64,000 nt of DNA from the NCBI GenBank assembly GCA_002269645.1, contig NIVC01001484.1, forward strand, positions 62,001-126,000, written 5' to 3'. Below the pieces are notes generated by a model. That model was given only the letters and a program-made list of their open reading frames with translations. It was not told the origin of the DNA and did not search any database. The DNA is from Macrostomum lignano. Lineage: Eukaryota. Position 1 is the stretch's first letter; each line of letters begins with the position of its first letter. The position numbers were made by a program, and so were the translations under genes. Positions 52,255 through 64,000 of this stretch are shown piece after piece.

Positions 52255-55200
52255 TCAAGCCAAATTAAGCTTTAAGCCTTCGTGAAACTCGAAGTCCCAG
52301 CAAGACATGCGGTAGCCCTCGTACACGTGATCCAGCAGGGCGGCGGAGCGGGTCTCGCAGAACCGGAACTTGTCCTGCACCAGCCGCTTGAGCTGGGCAA
52401 CATCCTCCAGCTGCATTTCCCGTTCCAGCACCTCGCTGAGATCTTCCGTGGCTAATTGCAAATTTCGCTGATTGTCCTCGAAGATTTTCTGCTGATTGCT
52501 GGGCTTCAGGTAGTAGGCGAACACGTAGGTGTACATGAGCACCCGCCGGCAGTTACACAGGACGGCCACAGCGTCGCGGAGGAACTTCACCTCGATCCAG
52601 CTGAGTCCGTGGTACTGCATCTCGTCCATCTTGGAGTGCACCGTCTCCTGCAGGCGGGCCTCGAACTCCAGCGATTTCAAATGGTTCATGTACAGGTCGT
52701 AGTAGTGCAGGTAGCGGGACAGGTAGTTGCGGGACAGCGCCTGCTGCCGGCGGACGCGCTCCGCTCGCTCCTCGTCGAAGCTGAGGAAGAGTTATACAGA
52801 GTGCAGGGAGACAGCTGGCTATTATGTACATTATCGATACATATCGGCAGATACAACCTTACTCAAAATTTCCCATAATTTCCAATGCCATTTAAATTAA
52901 GTTTAATATTCAAATGTCTTAAAAACTAAGGAGGGGGGAATTGCTAAAATATCAAGGCTCACGGGGGAATTGCTGAGATATCAAGGCTCACGGGTGAATT
53001 GCTGAGATATCAAGGCTCATAGAAGGGGAATTGCTAAGATATCAAGGCTCATAGAAGGGGAATTGCTGAGATATCAAGGCTCACGGAGGGGAATGGCTGA
53101 GATATCAAGGCTCATAGAAGGGGAATTGCTGAGATATCAAGGCTCATAGAAGGGGAATTGCTGAGATATCAAGGCTCACGGAGGGGAATGGCTGAGATAT
53201 CAAGGCTCATAGAAGGGGAATTGCTGAGATATCAAGCAAGGCTCACAGAAGGGGAATTGCTGAGATATCAAGGCTCACGGAGGGGAATGGCTGAGATATC
53301 AAGGCTCATAGGAGGGGAATGGCTGAGATATCAAGGCTCATAGGAGGGGAATGGCTGAGATATCAAGGCTCATAGGAGGGGAATGGCTGAGATATCAAGG
53401 CTCATAGGAGGGGAATGGCTGAGATATCAAGGCTCATAGGAGGGGAATGGCTGAGATATCAAGGCTCATAGGAGGGGAATGGCTGAGATATCAAGGCTCA
53501 TAGGAGGGGAATGGCTGAGATATCAAGGCTCACGGAGGGGAATGGCTGAGATATCAAGGCTCATAGGAGGGGAATGGCTGAGATATCAAGGCTCATAGGA
53601 GGGGAATGGCTGAGATATCAAGGCTCATAGAAGGGGAATTGCTGAGATATCAAGCAAGGCTCACAGAAGGGGAATTGCTGAGATATCAAGGCTCACGGAG
53701 GGGAATTGCTGAGATATCAAGGCTCATAGGAGGGGAATTTCTTAGATATCAAGGCTCACGGGGAATTGCTGAGATATCAAGGCTTATAGGGAAATTTCTG
53801 AGATGTCAAGGCTGAGGTAAAAAGCTACATTTAGTTTATTAAAGAATTTATTCCATTATTTGTTGGTTCTCCAATGAGGGGGCGCTGATTTTAGGTTATG
53901 GCTACTAACAGTAGTTTACTAATGTCTCACCGATTGCAGTTGTACCACTCTTTGCCGTGCGGCTGCCAGTCGTCCATGCAGACCCAGCAGAATTCGTGAT
54001 TACAGGTGGCATTGCGGCATTTCATGTGATTGCAGCCGCCGTTCTTTTCTATTGTTGCGTGGCATTTCGGGCACTCCTTGGTGTTGGCCATGAACCACTG
54101 GGTGCTCATCGATTCGCCTGCGTTCTTCTGCTGCCAGCGGCGCAGCATGGAGCAGCTGATGGGCTCGTGCCAGTCCTGTTGGAGGAGGCAGCGAACGGGC
54201 GAAGTGGTGGTTAGGTGAGCGAGTAGGGGAAGCGCTGACGGTGGGCTGGCCGGATTGTGGGCTAGCGGGGACTGCGCAGCGGGTTTAGAGATGGAAGAAT
54301 CCAGGATTTGGCGGATCTACACGAAGGCTGGGGCGGATCAAGTTCGGGGGCGGATTCAGTGTGGGACATTTTTTTAGTGGGAGCGGATTTGGTGTGGGGC
54401 GTATTTAGGTTTTAGGTGAATCTAAGGCCGGAGCAGATCTAAGGTGGGGCGGATCTAGGGTCAGGGGGAAGATCTAAGGTCCGGGGAAGATCTAGGGTCA
54501 GGGGGAAGATCTAAGGTCCGGGGAAGATCTAGGGTCAGGGGAAAGATCTAAGGTCCGGGGAAGATCTAGGGTCGGGGCGGTAAGATCTAGGGTCGGGGGG
54601 AAGATCTAGGGTCAGGGGGGAAGATCTAGGGTCAGGGGGGAAGCTCTAGGGTCGGGGGAAGATCTAGGGTCGGGGCGGTAAGATCTAGGGTCGGGGCGGT
54701 AAGATCTAGGGTCGGGGGGAAGATCTAGGGTCGGGGCGGTAAGATCTAGGGTCGGGAGGAAGATCTAGGGTCGGGGCGGGAAGATCTAGGGTCGGGGCGG
54801 GAAGATCTAGGGTCGGGGCGGGAAGATCTAGGGTCGGGGCGGGAAGATCTAGGGTCGGGGCGGGAAGATCTAGGGTCGGGGGGAAGATCTAGGGTCGGGG
54901 GGGAAGATCTAGGGTCGGGGGCGGATCTAGGGTCGGGGGCGGATTTCGTAGTCTCACCTGAGCGCAGGCGAAGCAGAAGGTCTTGCCGCAGCGGCAGGTG
55001 ACCCGGCAGGCGCGCACGGCGTCGTCAAGCAGGCGCACAACGCACTCGCAGTCGGCCCCGGGGCAGAAGGCCAACCGGCGGTTGCAGGTGACAAAGTTGG
55101 TGACCAGCGCCTTCTGGAACTGTCCGCGCAGCTTCGGGGAGCCCTCAAGCAGGCGCAGCACCAGCTGGTCGTCAAGTAGGGCGCGGCAATCGAACGCGGG

Positions 55201-58200
55201 GCACTGCAGGCCCTCGAACTGGCCGGCCTGCAGCATCCGCTGAGCGACATAGGAGCGGTAGCAGTCCACGCAGAACACGTGGGCGCAGCCGCTGCCGACC
55301 ATGCCGCTGTAGGGCCGGCTCTGGCAGCAGATCTCGCAGATCACCGTCTGCGGGAAGAGGGAAGGAGGAGATGCAGCTGATGGGGAGCTCTGCGCTTGCC
55401 GTTGAGGTGCCGCTGCGATCTACCTACTACCATTCTATTTATCCCTTAATCTGTCTACCATTGTATCTACTTCTCACCTCATCTACCATTCTATCTGCTG
55501 ACTAGAGCCTGTATACCATTGTATCTACCTCTCAACCTGTCTTCCATGTTATTTATCACTCAACCTGTCTACTGTTCTATCTACCTCTCATCCTATATAC
55601 CATTCTATTTACTTCTCAGTCTGTCTACCATTTTATCTACCACTCAGCATGTCTTCTTTTCTACCTACCTCTCAACCTGTCCACCAACCTATCTAATTTT
55701 CGGTATATTAGCTAACAACCAGTATTTAACTTTCAGTTTGTCTACATCCACATAACAGCCATGCTTTTGATATCCTCTTCAATACCGCTCTCCCCCGCAA
55801 AGAAGCTCTCACACACAGAGCTCCATCACAGAACCTCAAATCACGCTAACCTGTGTGCCACTGCCGCCTGCGGTGCCGCGGGAGCCGGACTCGGCGGGAG
55901 CGGCAGCGACGATCCGCCACTGACTGGCCGGGATGTTGTGCCTGGCCAGGAAGTCCTCCGGCTCGCGCTCGTAGAATCGCTCCAACAGCAGGTCTTTGTC
56001 CCAGCGGTATTTGCTGAGCAGAAGACGCAGTACCCTGCTGGGTAGCTGGACAATCTGGCAGACCTCCTGTTTAGATAAGGCTGCCTGTATAGACTGTGAT
56101 AGCAATCCACTTATATGTGAGCTGTGAGCCTCTCTCCCGTGTCTCAGTGAGCTGTGAGCCTCTCTCTAGTGTCTCAGTGAGCTGTGAGCCTCTCTCCCGT
56201 GTCTCAGTGAGCTGTGAGCCTCTCTCCCGTGTCTCAGTGAGGTGTGAGCCTCTCTCAAGTGTCTCAGTGAGCTGTGAGCCTCTCTCCCGTGTCTCAGTGA
56301 GCTGTGAGCCTCTCTCCCGTGTCTCAGTGAGCTGTGAGCCTCTCTCCCGTGTCTCAGTGAGCTGTGAGCCTCTCTCCCGTGTCTCAGTGAGCTGTGAGCC
56401 TCTCTCCCGTGTCTCAGTGAGCTGTGAGCCTCTCTCCCGTGTCTCAGTGAGCTGTGAGCCTCTCTCCCGTGTCTCAGTGAGCTGTGAGCCTCTCTCCCGT
56501 GTCTCAGTGAGCTGTGAGCCTCTCTCCCGTGTCTCAGTGAGCTGTGAGCCTCTCTCCCGTGTCTCAGTGAGCTGTGAGCCTCTCTCCCGTGTCTCAGTGA
56601 GCTGTGAGCCTCTCTCCCGTGTCTCAGTGAGCTGTGAGCCTCTCTCCCGTGTCTCAGTGAGCTGTGAGCCTCTCTTCCGTGTCTCAGTGAACTGTGACTA
56701 CCGTGCTTTAGTTAACTGCGACCACTCACAGTAATCCTTTCAGTGATCAGTGAAATGCGACTATTTCAGTGAAAGGTGAAGTGTGACACTTTCACCAAAC
56801 AGCGAAATGTGACTTACAGTGCTCAGTGAAATTTGATCTTCTCAGTGAACAGTGAAGTGTGACCCTTTCAGGTGAGCAGTGAAGTGTGATTCTTTCAGTG
56901 AGCAGTGAAGTGTGATCCTTTCAGTGAGCAGTGAAGTGTGATCCTTTCAGTGAACAGTGAAGTGTGACCCTTTCAGGTGAGCAGTGAAGTGTGATCCTTT
57001 CAGGTGAGCAGTGAAGTGTGACCCTTTCAGGTGAGCAGTGAAGTGTGACCCTTTCAGGTGAGCAGTGAAGTGTGACCCTTTCAGGTGAGCAGTGAAGTGT
57101 GACCCTTTCAGTGAACAGTGAAGTGTGATCCTTTCAGGTGAGCAGTGAAGTGTGACCCTTTCAGGTGAACAGTGAAGTGTGATCCTTTCAGGTGAGCAGT
57201 GAAGTGTGACCCTTTCAGTGAACAGTGAAGTGTGACCCTTTCAGTGAGCAGTGAAGTGTGACCCTTTCAGGTGAGCAGTGAAGTGTGACCCTTTCAGGTG
57301 AGCAGTGAAGTGTGATCCTTTCAGGTGAGCAGTGAAGTGTGACCCTTTCAGGTGAGCAGTGAAGTGTGATCCTTTCAGGTGAGCAGTGAAGTGTGATCCT
57401 TTCAGTGAACAGTGAAGTGTGATCCTTTCAGGTGAGCAGTGAAGTGTGATCCTTTTAGGTGAGCAGTGAAGTGTGACCCTTTCAGGTGAGCAGTGAAGTG
57501 TGACCCTTTCAGGTGAGCAGTGAAGTGTGATCCTTTCAGGTGAGCGGTGAAGTGTGACCCTTTCAGGTGAGCAGTAAAGTGTGACCCTTTCAGTGAACAG
57601 TGAAGTGTGATCCTTTCAGGTGAGCAGTGAAGTGTGATCCTTTCAGGTGAGCAGTGAAGTGTGATCCTTTCAGGTGAACAGTGAAGTGTGATCCTTTCAG
57701 GTGAGCAGTGAAGTGTGACCCTTTCAGGTGAGCAGTGAAGTGTGATCCTTTCAGGTGAGCAGTGAAGTGTGATCCTTTCAGTGAGCAGTGAAGTGTGACC
57801 CTTTCAGGTGAGCAGTGAAGTGTGATCCTTTCAGGTGAGCAGTGAAGTGTGACCCTTTCAGTGAACAGTGAAGTGTGATCCTTTCAGGTGAGCAGTGAAG
57901 TGTGACCCTTTCAGTGAACAGTGAAGTGTGATCCTTTCAGGTGAGCAGTGAAGTGTGACCCTTTCAGGTGAGCAGTGAAGTGTGACCCTTTCAGTGAACA
58001 GTGAAGTGTGACCCTTTCAGTGAACAGTGAAGTGTGATCCTTTCAGGTGAGCAGTGAAGTGTGACCCTTTCAGGTGAGCAGTGAAGTGTGATCCTTTCAG
58101 GTGAGCAGTGAAGTGTGACCCTTTCAGGTGAGCAGTGAAGTGTGACCCTTTCAGGTGAGCAGTGAAGTGTGATCCTTTCAGTGAGCAGTGAAGTGTGACC

Positions 58201-59081
58201 CTTTCAGGTGAGCAGTGAAGTGTGACCCTTTCAGGTGAGCAGTGAAGTGTGACCCTTTCAGGTGAGCAGTGAAGTGTGACCCTTTCAGGTGAGCAGTGAA
58301 GTGTGATCCTTTCAGGTGAGCAGTGAAGTGTGACCCTTTCAGTGAACAGTGAAGTGTGACCCTTTCAGGTGAGCAGTGAAGTGTGATCCTTTCAGGTGAG
58401 CAGTGAAGTGTGATCCTTTCAGTGAGCAGTGAAGTGTGACCCTTTCAGGTGAGCAGTGAAGTGTGACCCTTTCAGGTGAGCAGTGAAGTGTGATCCTTTC
58501 AGGTGAGCGGTGAAGTGTGACCCTTTCAGGTGAGCAGTAAAGTGTGACCCTTTCAGTGAACAGTGAAGTGTGATCCTTTCAGGTGAGCAGTGAAGTGTGA
58601 TCCTTTCAGGTGAGCAGTGAAGTGTGACCCTTTCAGGTGAACAGTGAAGTGTGACCCTTTCAGGTGAGCAGTGAAGTGTGACCCTTTCAGTGAACAGTGA
58701 AGTGTGATCCTTTCAGGTGAGCAGTGAAGTGTGATCCTTTCAGTGAGCAGTGAAGTGTGACCCTTTCAGGTGAGCAGTGAAAAGTGAGCCTCTGACAAAG
58801 CAGACACGGCAGCTCACCTGCACTATTCGGTGCATCTCCTCGTGCACGCTGTCTGGGCTCAACAATTCGAAATGATCGTTGGCGCCGTTGTCCCGCCGGA
58901 GCTGGCGGACATCCTCGCTCATTGGCAGATCCTCGTCGCCCTCGCTATCGTCTCCCTCCTCTTCCTCTTCCTCCTCGTCCTCTTCCCCGTCGTCGGCGTC
59001 ATAGAACTCCTCGGCTGTCGAGTCGAACTGGTCGCCGCCAAAGCGAGCGGCGGCGCCGTCTTGGGCGAGTCGGTGCGCCAT
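52255..59081 (-). CDS. ARIH1: Ariadne-family RBR E3 ubiquitin ligase; 5 exons, ~546 aa
   Basis: Exons 59081-58818, 56066-55851, 55347-54958, 54175-53931 and 52780-52255, GT-AG and in phase (1641 nt). Acidic N-terminus, UBA-like [15 protein letters not shown]1 CEICC...[18 protein letters not shown]...[20 protein letters not shown]2 TKECPKC...[10 protein letters not shown], Ariadne domain KSLEFE...[11 protein letters not shown]. Confidence 0.92.
52930..53815. repeat. ~32-bp minisatellite (ATGGCTGAGATATCAAGGCTCATAGGAGGGGA) in Ariadne intron 4
   Basis: Tandem copies filling most of the intron. Confidence 0.95.
54430..54945. repeat. ~21-bp G-rich minisatellite (AAGATCTAGGGTCGGGGCGGG) in Ariadne intron 3
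   Basis: Tandem copies ending ~12 nt from the donor at 54957. Confidence 0.95.
56112..56700. repeat. 30-bp minisatellite GAGCTGTGAGCCTCTCTCCCGTGTCTCAGT in Ariadne intron 1
   Basis: Near-perfect tandem copies. Confidence 0.97.
56820..58790. repeat. 26/27-bp satellite GTGAGCAGTGAAGTGTGACCCTTTCA(G) in Ariadne intron 1
   Basis: About 2 kb of tandem copies with a few recurring variants. Confidence 0.97.
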
Positions 59082-59289
59082 TTTTAATTAGCAGCTGCTT
59101 GAGTCGGAATCAAGTCTTTGTTGCAAAGGCAAATGCAGAGATGATCCACTGAAGCAAGTTTTTAGCAATACTTGTGCTTGGCAATCATGAATTAATGGAT
59201 TTTAATATGCGCGACAAAATTGCTGCTGGCTACTTGTAGTAACTGAAGTCTGAATTTTAACAAAAAATGGAAAAGGAACTGATAAGGGC

Positions 59290-59890
59290 GGTTAATAGTG
59301 ATTCTCTAAGGGCGGAATATGGAGGGGGGTTATTCTGGTGGGGTCCGAAAAAGGGCGGCTAAGGGTAAGTCCTGGGGGCGGAATAAGGGCGGTTAAGGTT
59401 AAGTCCTGGGGGCGGAATAAGGGCGGTTAAGGTAAGTCTCTGGGGGCGGAATAAGGGCGGTTAAGGGTAAGTCCTGGGGGTGGAATAAGGGCGGTTAAGG
59501 TTAAGTTCTGGGGGCGGAATAAGGGCGGTTAAGGTAAGTCTCTGGGGGCGGAATAGGGCGGTTAAGGGTAAGTCCTGGGGGTGGAATAAGGGCGGTTAAG
59601 GGTAAGTCCTGGGGGCGGAATGAGGGCGGTTAAGGGTAAGTCCTGGGGCGGAATAAGGGCGGTTAAGGTAAGTCTCTGGGGGCGGAATAAGGGTGGTTAA
59701 GGGTAAGTCTCTGGGGGCGGAGTAAGGGTGGTTAAGGGTAAGTCCTGGGGGCGGAATAAGGGTGGTTAAGGGTAAGTCCTGGGGGCGGAATAAGGGCGGT
59801 TAAGGGTAAGACCTGGGGGCGGAATAAGGGCGGTTAAGGGTAAGTCCTGGGGGCGGAATAAGGGCGGTTAAGGGTAAGTCCTGGGTCGAA
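59290..59890. repeat. ~34-bp minisatellite containing GGGCGG boxes, upstream of Ariadne
   Basis: Unit TTAAGGGTAAGTCCTGGGGGCGGAATAAGGGCGG. Confidence 0.93.
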
Positions 59891-60446
59891 ATAATAAGGT
59901 TTTAAGGACATCACTATATCGGATTGAGACTTAATCAGATGGACGATCTCATAAATCGGATACCGCAGGAACGAGGAACTGCTACATCCAGTATAGTGGC
60001 GTATTTAGCTAAATGTAAACAAAATATTTTCAATACAAACTTCACATTCAAAAGGCTATCAATATGATGACGCATGGCGATGTTTATTACATACTCATAG
60101 GATAGTGAAATCAACAGAGAATCGGAGCATAATGCTTCACTGTCTGTGCGTACAGATTCTATAGGGGAAAATAATTGCAGATCTACAATACAGCAACGTT
60201 AATAAATTTGAAGCAATGTCCTGAATACGAGCGGATTGACATAGCAAATAGTGACGTCATTGATATACATTTGAAGTGCAATAAGAGCTTGATTTTTATC
60301 GTAAAATTGCACCAACTTCTGGGGACAATAGTGCGAAAAATAGTAACAAAAAACTACGAAACTAGCTTACTCCATTACTGACAGTAGATACAATGAAACG
60401 TTAATAATCTTGCAATGAAATTCAAGACTCAAAATTGATTAACCAC

Positions 60447-61092
60447 GCTGGCCCAGCAACTGAGGATCTGAGAGGCTGGCCCAGCAACTGAGGATCTGGG
60501 AGGCTGGCCCAGCAACTGAGGATCTGGGAGGCTGGCCCAGCAACTGAGGATCTGAGAGGCTGGCCCAGCAACTGAGGATCTAGGAGGCTGGCCCAGCAAC
60601 TGAGGATCTGGGAGGCTGGCCCAGCAACTGAGGATCTGGGAGGCTGGCCCAGCAACTGAGGATCTGGGAGGCTGGCCCAGCAACTGAGGATCTGGGAGGC
60701 TGGCCCAGCAACTGAGGATCTGGGAGGCTGGCCCAGCAACTGAGGATCTGGGAGGCTGGCCCAGCAACTGAGGATCTGGGAGGCTGGCCCAGCAACTGAG
60801 GATCTGGGAGGCTGGCCCAGCAACTGAGGATCTGAGAGGCTGGCCCAGCAACTGAGGATCTGGGAGGCTGGCCCAGCAACTGAGGATCTGAGAGGCTGGC
60901 CCAGCAACTGAGGATCTGAGAGGTTGGCCCAGCAACTGAGGATCTGGGAGGCTGGCCCAGCAACTGAGGATCTGGGAGGCTGGCTCAGCAACTGAGGATC
61001 TGGGAGGCTGGCCCAGCAACTGAGGATCTGGGAGGCTGGCCCAGCAACTGAGGATCTGGGAGGCTGGCCCAGCAACTGAAGATCTGGGAGGG
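60447..61092. repeat. 28-bp minisatellite GGCTGGCCCAGCAACTGAGGATCTGGGA
   Basis: Near-perfect tandem copies about 100 nt downstream of the RagA stop codon. Confidence 0.97.
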
Positions 61093-61190
61093 AGTATTAA
61101 GGATTTAAAAGTGCCCAAGAGAAGCCCAGCAAGTTAAAAAATAGAAATCTCATACAGCAGTCCCCGAAACCCCCACGTAAACACAGCCGC

Positions 61191-62120
61191 CTACAGCGGG
61201 CGGCCCAGTGCGGACGGCCGGTCCTCGGGCCGCTCGAGCCGCTCAAAGTGCTTCCTAGCGTTGCGGATGTTTAGCATGGTGAGCGCCGGGCACACGTGCG
61301 TGTCGGAGACAACCACCATGACGTAGGTGTTGGCGGTGAACTGGTCGATGAAAGCGCCGAAGGCCCTGTTCTGCACGTGCATGCTCTGGAAGGCGGCGGC
61401 CACCTTGGAGCAGCTCAGCTTGAACTGCTTGATGATGTTGCTGATCTTCTCGAATCTGTGCGGATCGCGGTGCTGCTTCTGCTGGCAGTGCGAGATTACC
61501 AGGAAGGTGGCCCGCTCGAACAGCAGCACCTCGTCGGCGTCGATGATGTCGCCAAACTGCCGGAGATTCTCCTCGAGCAGGCGGACATTGGGGATGAGCG
61601 CGTAGACGATGCTGGACCAGGCCTTGTAGAGCGTCTCGTCCCAGATGCTGGTGGCGTAGCAGCGGCACTGCAGCGGCTTGCTGAGGGTGCGAAGCTCTTC
61701 GGAGCGCTGCGAGTACAGCTGCTCACGCTGCTCCTCGGGCACCAGGTCCATCTTGTGGATGAGGCAGAATATCTGAGCCTGCGGACTGTTCTGCATGATG
61801 GCCTCCAGACAGGTCTGGTAGTAGTGCAGGTCCTTCTCGAACTCGCGGCTCTCAACATCGAACACGTAGATCATGACCTCGACGCTGCGGAAGATGTTCT
61901 CCCGCTGGCTGGCGAAGTAGTTCTCCATGAAGGCCTCCTGGCCGCCGCAGTCCCACAGGTTCAGCACCAGGTTGCCAAGGAAACGCACGTGCGAGTGCTC
62001 AACATCGATGGTGGCGCCGAGGCGGCGAGTGTCGCGAGCGATGAAATTGGCAAAGATGATGGAGCGCATGCTGGTCTTGCCGGAGCCAGACTTGCCCATG
62101 AGCAGCACCTTCTTCTTCAT
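61191..62120 (-). CDS. RRAGA: Ras-related GTP-binding protein RagA/B (Gtr1), intronless CDS, 309 aa
   Basis: [25 protein letters not shown]...[27 protein letters not shown]...HKMD...[13 protein letters not shown], followed by the roadblock domain. Confidence 0.96.
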   Translation of the reverse strand: MKKKVLLMGKSGSGKTSMRSIIFANFIARDTRRLGATIDVEHSHVRFLGNLVLNLWDCGGQEAFMENYFASQRENIFRSVEVMIYVFDVESREFEKDLHYYQTCLEAIMQNSPQAQIFCLIHKMDLVPEEQREQLYSQRSEELRTLSKPLQCRCYATSIWDETLYKAWSSIVYALIPNVRLLEENLRQFGDIIDADEVLLFERATFLVISHCQQKQHRDPHRFEKISNIIKQFKLSCSKVAAAFQSMHVQNRAFGAFIDQFTANTYVMVVVSDTHVCPALTMLNIRNARKHFERLERPEDRPSALGRPL

Positions 62121-62719
62121 TGCGGCATGAGAACGAATGAAAATTAGTAATCAGCGAGGTAAGATACCAGATTATTCACTGGAAGGTGGGGCTTCGTTTG
62201 ATCTTTCTGACTGAGCTTTGTTTTATGCTTTTGGCCTTGGTCTGTGCTTTAGCTAATCGTAAGCAAGACAAATTACTATAAAAAATCAAAAACAAAATAA
62301 AAAGTCTACTATTTGAATGATAAACTGGTTCGTAGGCAAAACTGTATTTTTATAGAAACATTGGAAGGAAACAGTTAAAAACTGGAATAACAGCGGCTCT
62401 GTGATAAAAAACAAGCGTAGGAAAGCGTTTCATGTGGTTAATAAAAAACGTTGCAAAATTGAAACATAAACTTCAAAAAAGGAAAGTCTAAACTCTTAAA
62501 AATAGAATTAAGACAAAATATTTTTGTATCTGGCAAACAAAAAGTTCAATCTGAAAAAAAATATAAATCTGATTAAAAAGTACATCCAATGTATCTAAGC
62601 AATGAAAGATTTTTCCTATTGATTCGATTTTTCGACCCGTTGTTTATATCTCACGCAAAACTATTATTTTTTGTGGTTGTCGCCCAATCTTTGCACCAAA
62701 CTTGCAAAATAATAAAAAC

Positions 62720-64000
62720 TCAGTAGGGTCTCGGAAGATGCAAAATATTTCCACAATTGCGACACATAAAATTCGATGAGTCTCTTTTCAAATATGTATC
62801 CACATGGACACGACATCTCGTGCACCGCATGAACTGAATCTGTGCACTCCCAGGTCGGCTCACAGAGCCACGCTTTGGAGAAGGGGCTACTTCTGGAAGA
62901 CTGTCAAGTTCTTTGCACTTTCTGCCTGTATGCACATCTTCCCAAGGCCGGCCGCACATCTTGCAAGTGTGCTTGTAGCAATTAAAGCACTGAAAACCAA
63001 CAGGTTTAATAGGGCCCGTAATGGCTCTGTACTTGCCGCAGTGAGCGCATTGCGGTTTCGTCCCAGCCTTTTGAGCTTTCATTCTGCAAGTAACTCGAGT
63101 AGACGAAATTTTTGGCTCATCAAACTCATCAGATTCATCAGATGTATTTGCCTTCTCAATGTCATTTTCAGGGCCATAAATCCCATTAAGCAACTTTTCA
63201 GCAGCATCAACAGGCTCAGAATCCTCAACTCGCCTCGCTGAAACTGTTGCCGAAGATTCAGCACGGGATGGAAATGAGCTCGCATGGGCCTCAAACTGCA
63301 GACCGCTGGCATGAGTAACCGCTGCCATCTGCCAGGCCGTATCATCTGCCCTTCTCTGCCTCGCTTCGTCACCTTGATATATTCTGGGATTTTCATCCAG
63401 CGGCACCTGCTTACCTCTTTGCAGCCTCGTCTTTCTGATCAGCTGCAGGTCATTCTGCATGGCTTCAGCCGCTTGCTCTTGGCGCAGCCGCTCTTCCTCT
63501 GCCCTTTCCCATCGCCCTACTGCTGCCGACGCGTTCCGCAGAGATTGGTTTCTTCGTTGTCGCTCAGCCTCCTCTCTCTCCCACAGTCGCTGCGCCTCTT
63601 CTGTCTCCTTTCTCAACCGCTCAGCCTCTTCTCTCTCCCACAGTCGCTGCGCCTCTTCTGTATCCTTTCTCAACCGCTCAGCCTCTTCTCTCTCCCACAG
63701 TCGCTGCGCCTCTTCTCTCTCCTTTCTCAACCGCTCAGCCTCTTCTCTCTCCCACAGTCGCTGCGCCTCTTCTCTCTCCTTTCTCAACCGCTCAGCCTCT
63801 TCTCTCTCCTTTCTCAACCGCTCAGCCTCTTCTCTCTCCTTTCTCCACCGGTCAGCCTCTTCTCTCTGCTGTCTCAACCGGTCAGCCTCTTCTCTCTCCT
63901 TTCTCAACCGGTCAGCCTCTTCTCTCTGCTGTCTCAACCGGTCAGCCTCTTCTCTCTTCTTTCTCAACCGATTAGCCTCTTCTCTCTCCTTTCTCAACCG
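62720..64000 (-). CDS. 3' end of a protein with (R/E)-rich coiled-coil repeats, an IBR-like zinc finger and a C4 zinc ribbon; 5' end beyond the window
   Basis: Open frame from the window edge to TGA at 62720. REEAERL repeats; CAHC...FQCFNC..HTCKMC..PWEDVHTGRKC (63049-62915); CTRC...CRNC (62824-62751). Confidence 0.7.
   Translation of the reverse strand, partial: RLRKEREEANRLRKKREEADRLRQQREEADRLRKEREEADRLRQQREEADRWRKEREEAERLRKEREEAERLRKEREEAQRLWEREEAERLRKEREEAQRLWEREEAERLRKDTEEAQRLWEREEAERLRKETEEAQRLWEREEAERQRRNQSLRNASAAVGRWERAEEERLRQEQAAEAMQNDLQLIRKTRLQRGKQVPLDENPRIYQGDEARQRRADDTAWQMAAVTHASGLQFEAHASSFPSRAESSATVSARRVEDSEPVDAAEKLLNGIYGPENDIEKANTSDESDEFDEPKISSTRVTCRMKAQKAGTKPQCAHCGKYRAITGPIKPVGFQCFNCYKHTCKMCGRPWEDVHTGRKCKELDSLPEVAPSPKRGSVSRPGSAQIQFMRCTRCRVHVDTYLKRDSSNFMCRNCGNILHLPRPY

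Noticed and set aside
59290-59890. Telomere-like TTAAGGG motifs (and TAGGG in 54430-54945)
   Set aside because: Embedded once per longer unit, not tandem (TTAGGG)n.

Overview
Eukaryotic (metazoan) genomic DNA with short GC-rich exons and AT-rich or minisatellite-filled introns. Abundant (CAGA/CTGT)n arrays and the coding style suggest a free-living flatworm such as Macrostomum (inference). Genes reconstructed by hand with GT-AG boundaries: last exon of a Fer/Fes tyrosine kinase (+), TTC25/ODAD4 (8 exons, -), an STK33-like kinase (-), a frameshifted mosaic actin-like gene (-), and two tandem ~915-aa paralogues (+) built of repeated catalytically degenerate LRAT/NlpC-P60-like domains. Further along lie a GT92 glycosyltransferase (-) whose last exon is split by a young 5'-truncated RT-RNaseH LINE, an anion-selective Cys-loop channel locus (-), an Ariadne RBR E3 ligase (-), an intronless RagA/B GTPase (-), and the 3' end of a coiled-coil/IBR-zinc-finger gene (-). 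Repeats include two CORE-like tRNA-SINE copies and about 20 distinct tandem arrays. The most notable observations: (1) the channel locus has two duplicated ECD-TM1-TM2 exons but only one TM3-TM4 exon, a variable/constant architecture like protocadherins or UGT1; (2) the poly-LRAT pseudoenzyme pair; (3) a 74-aa ORF upstream of TTC25 with 19/40 ungapped identity to TTC25's central helix; (4) sharply bounded ~400-bp near-identical tracts in both tandem duplicates.
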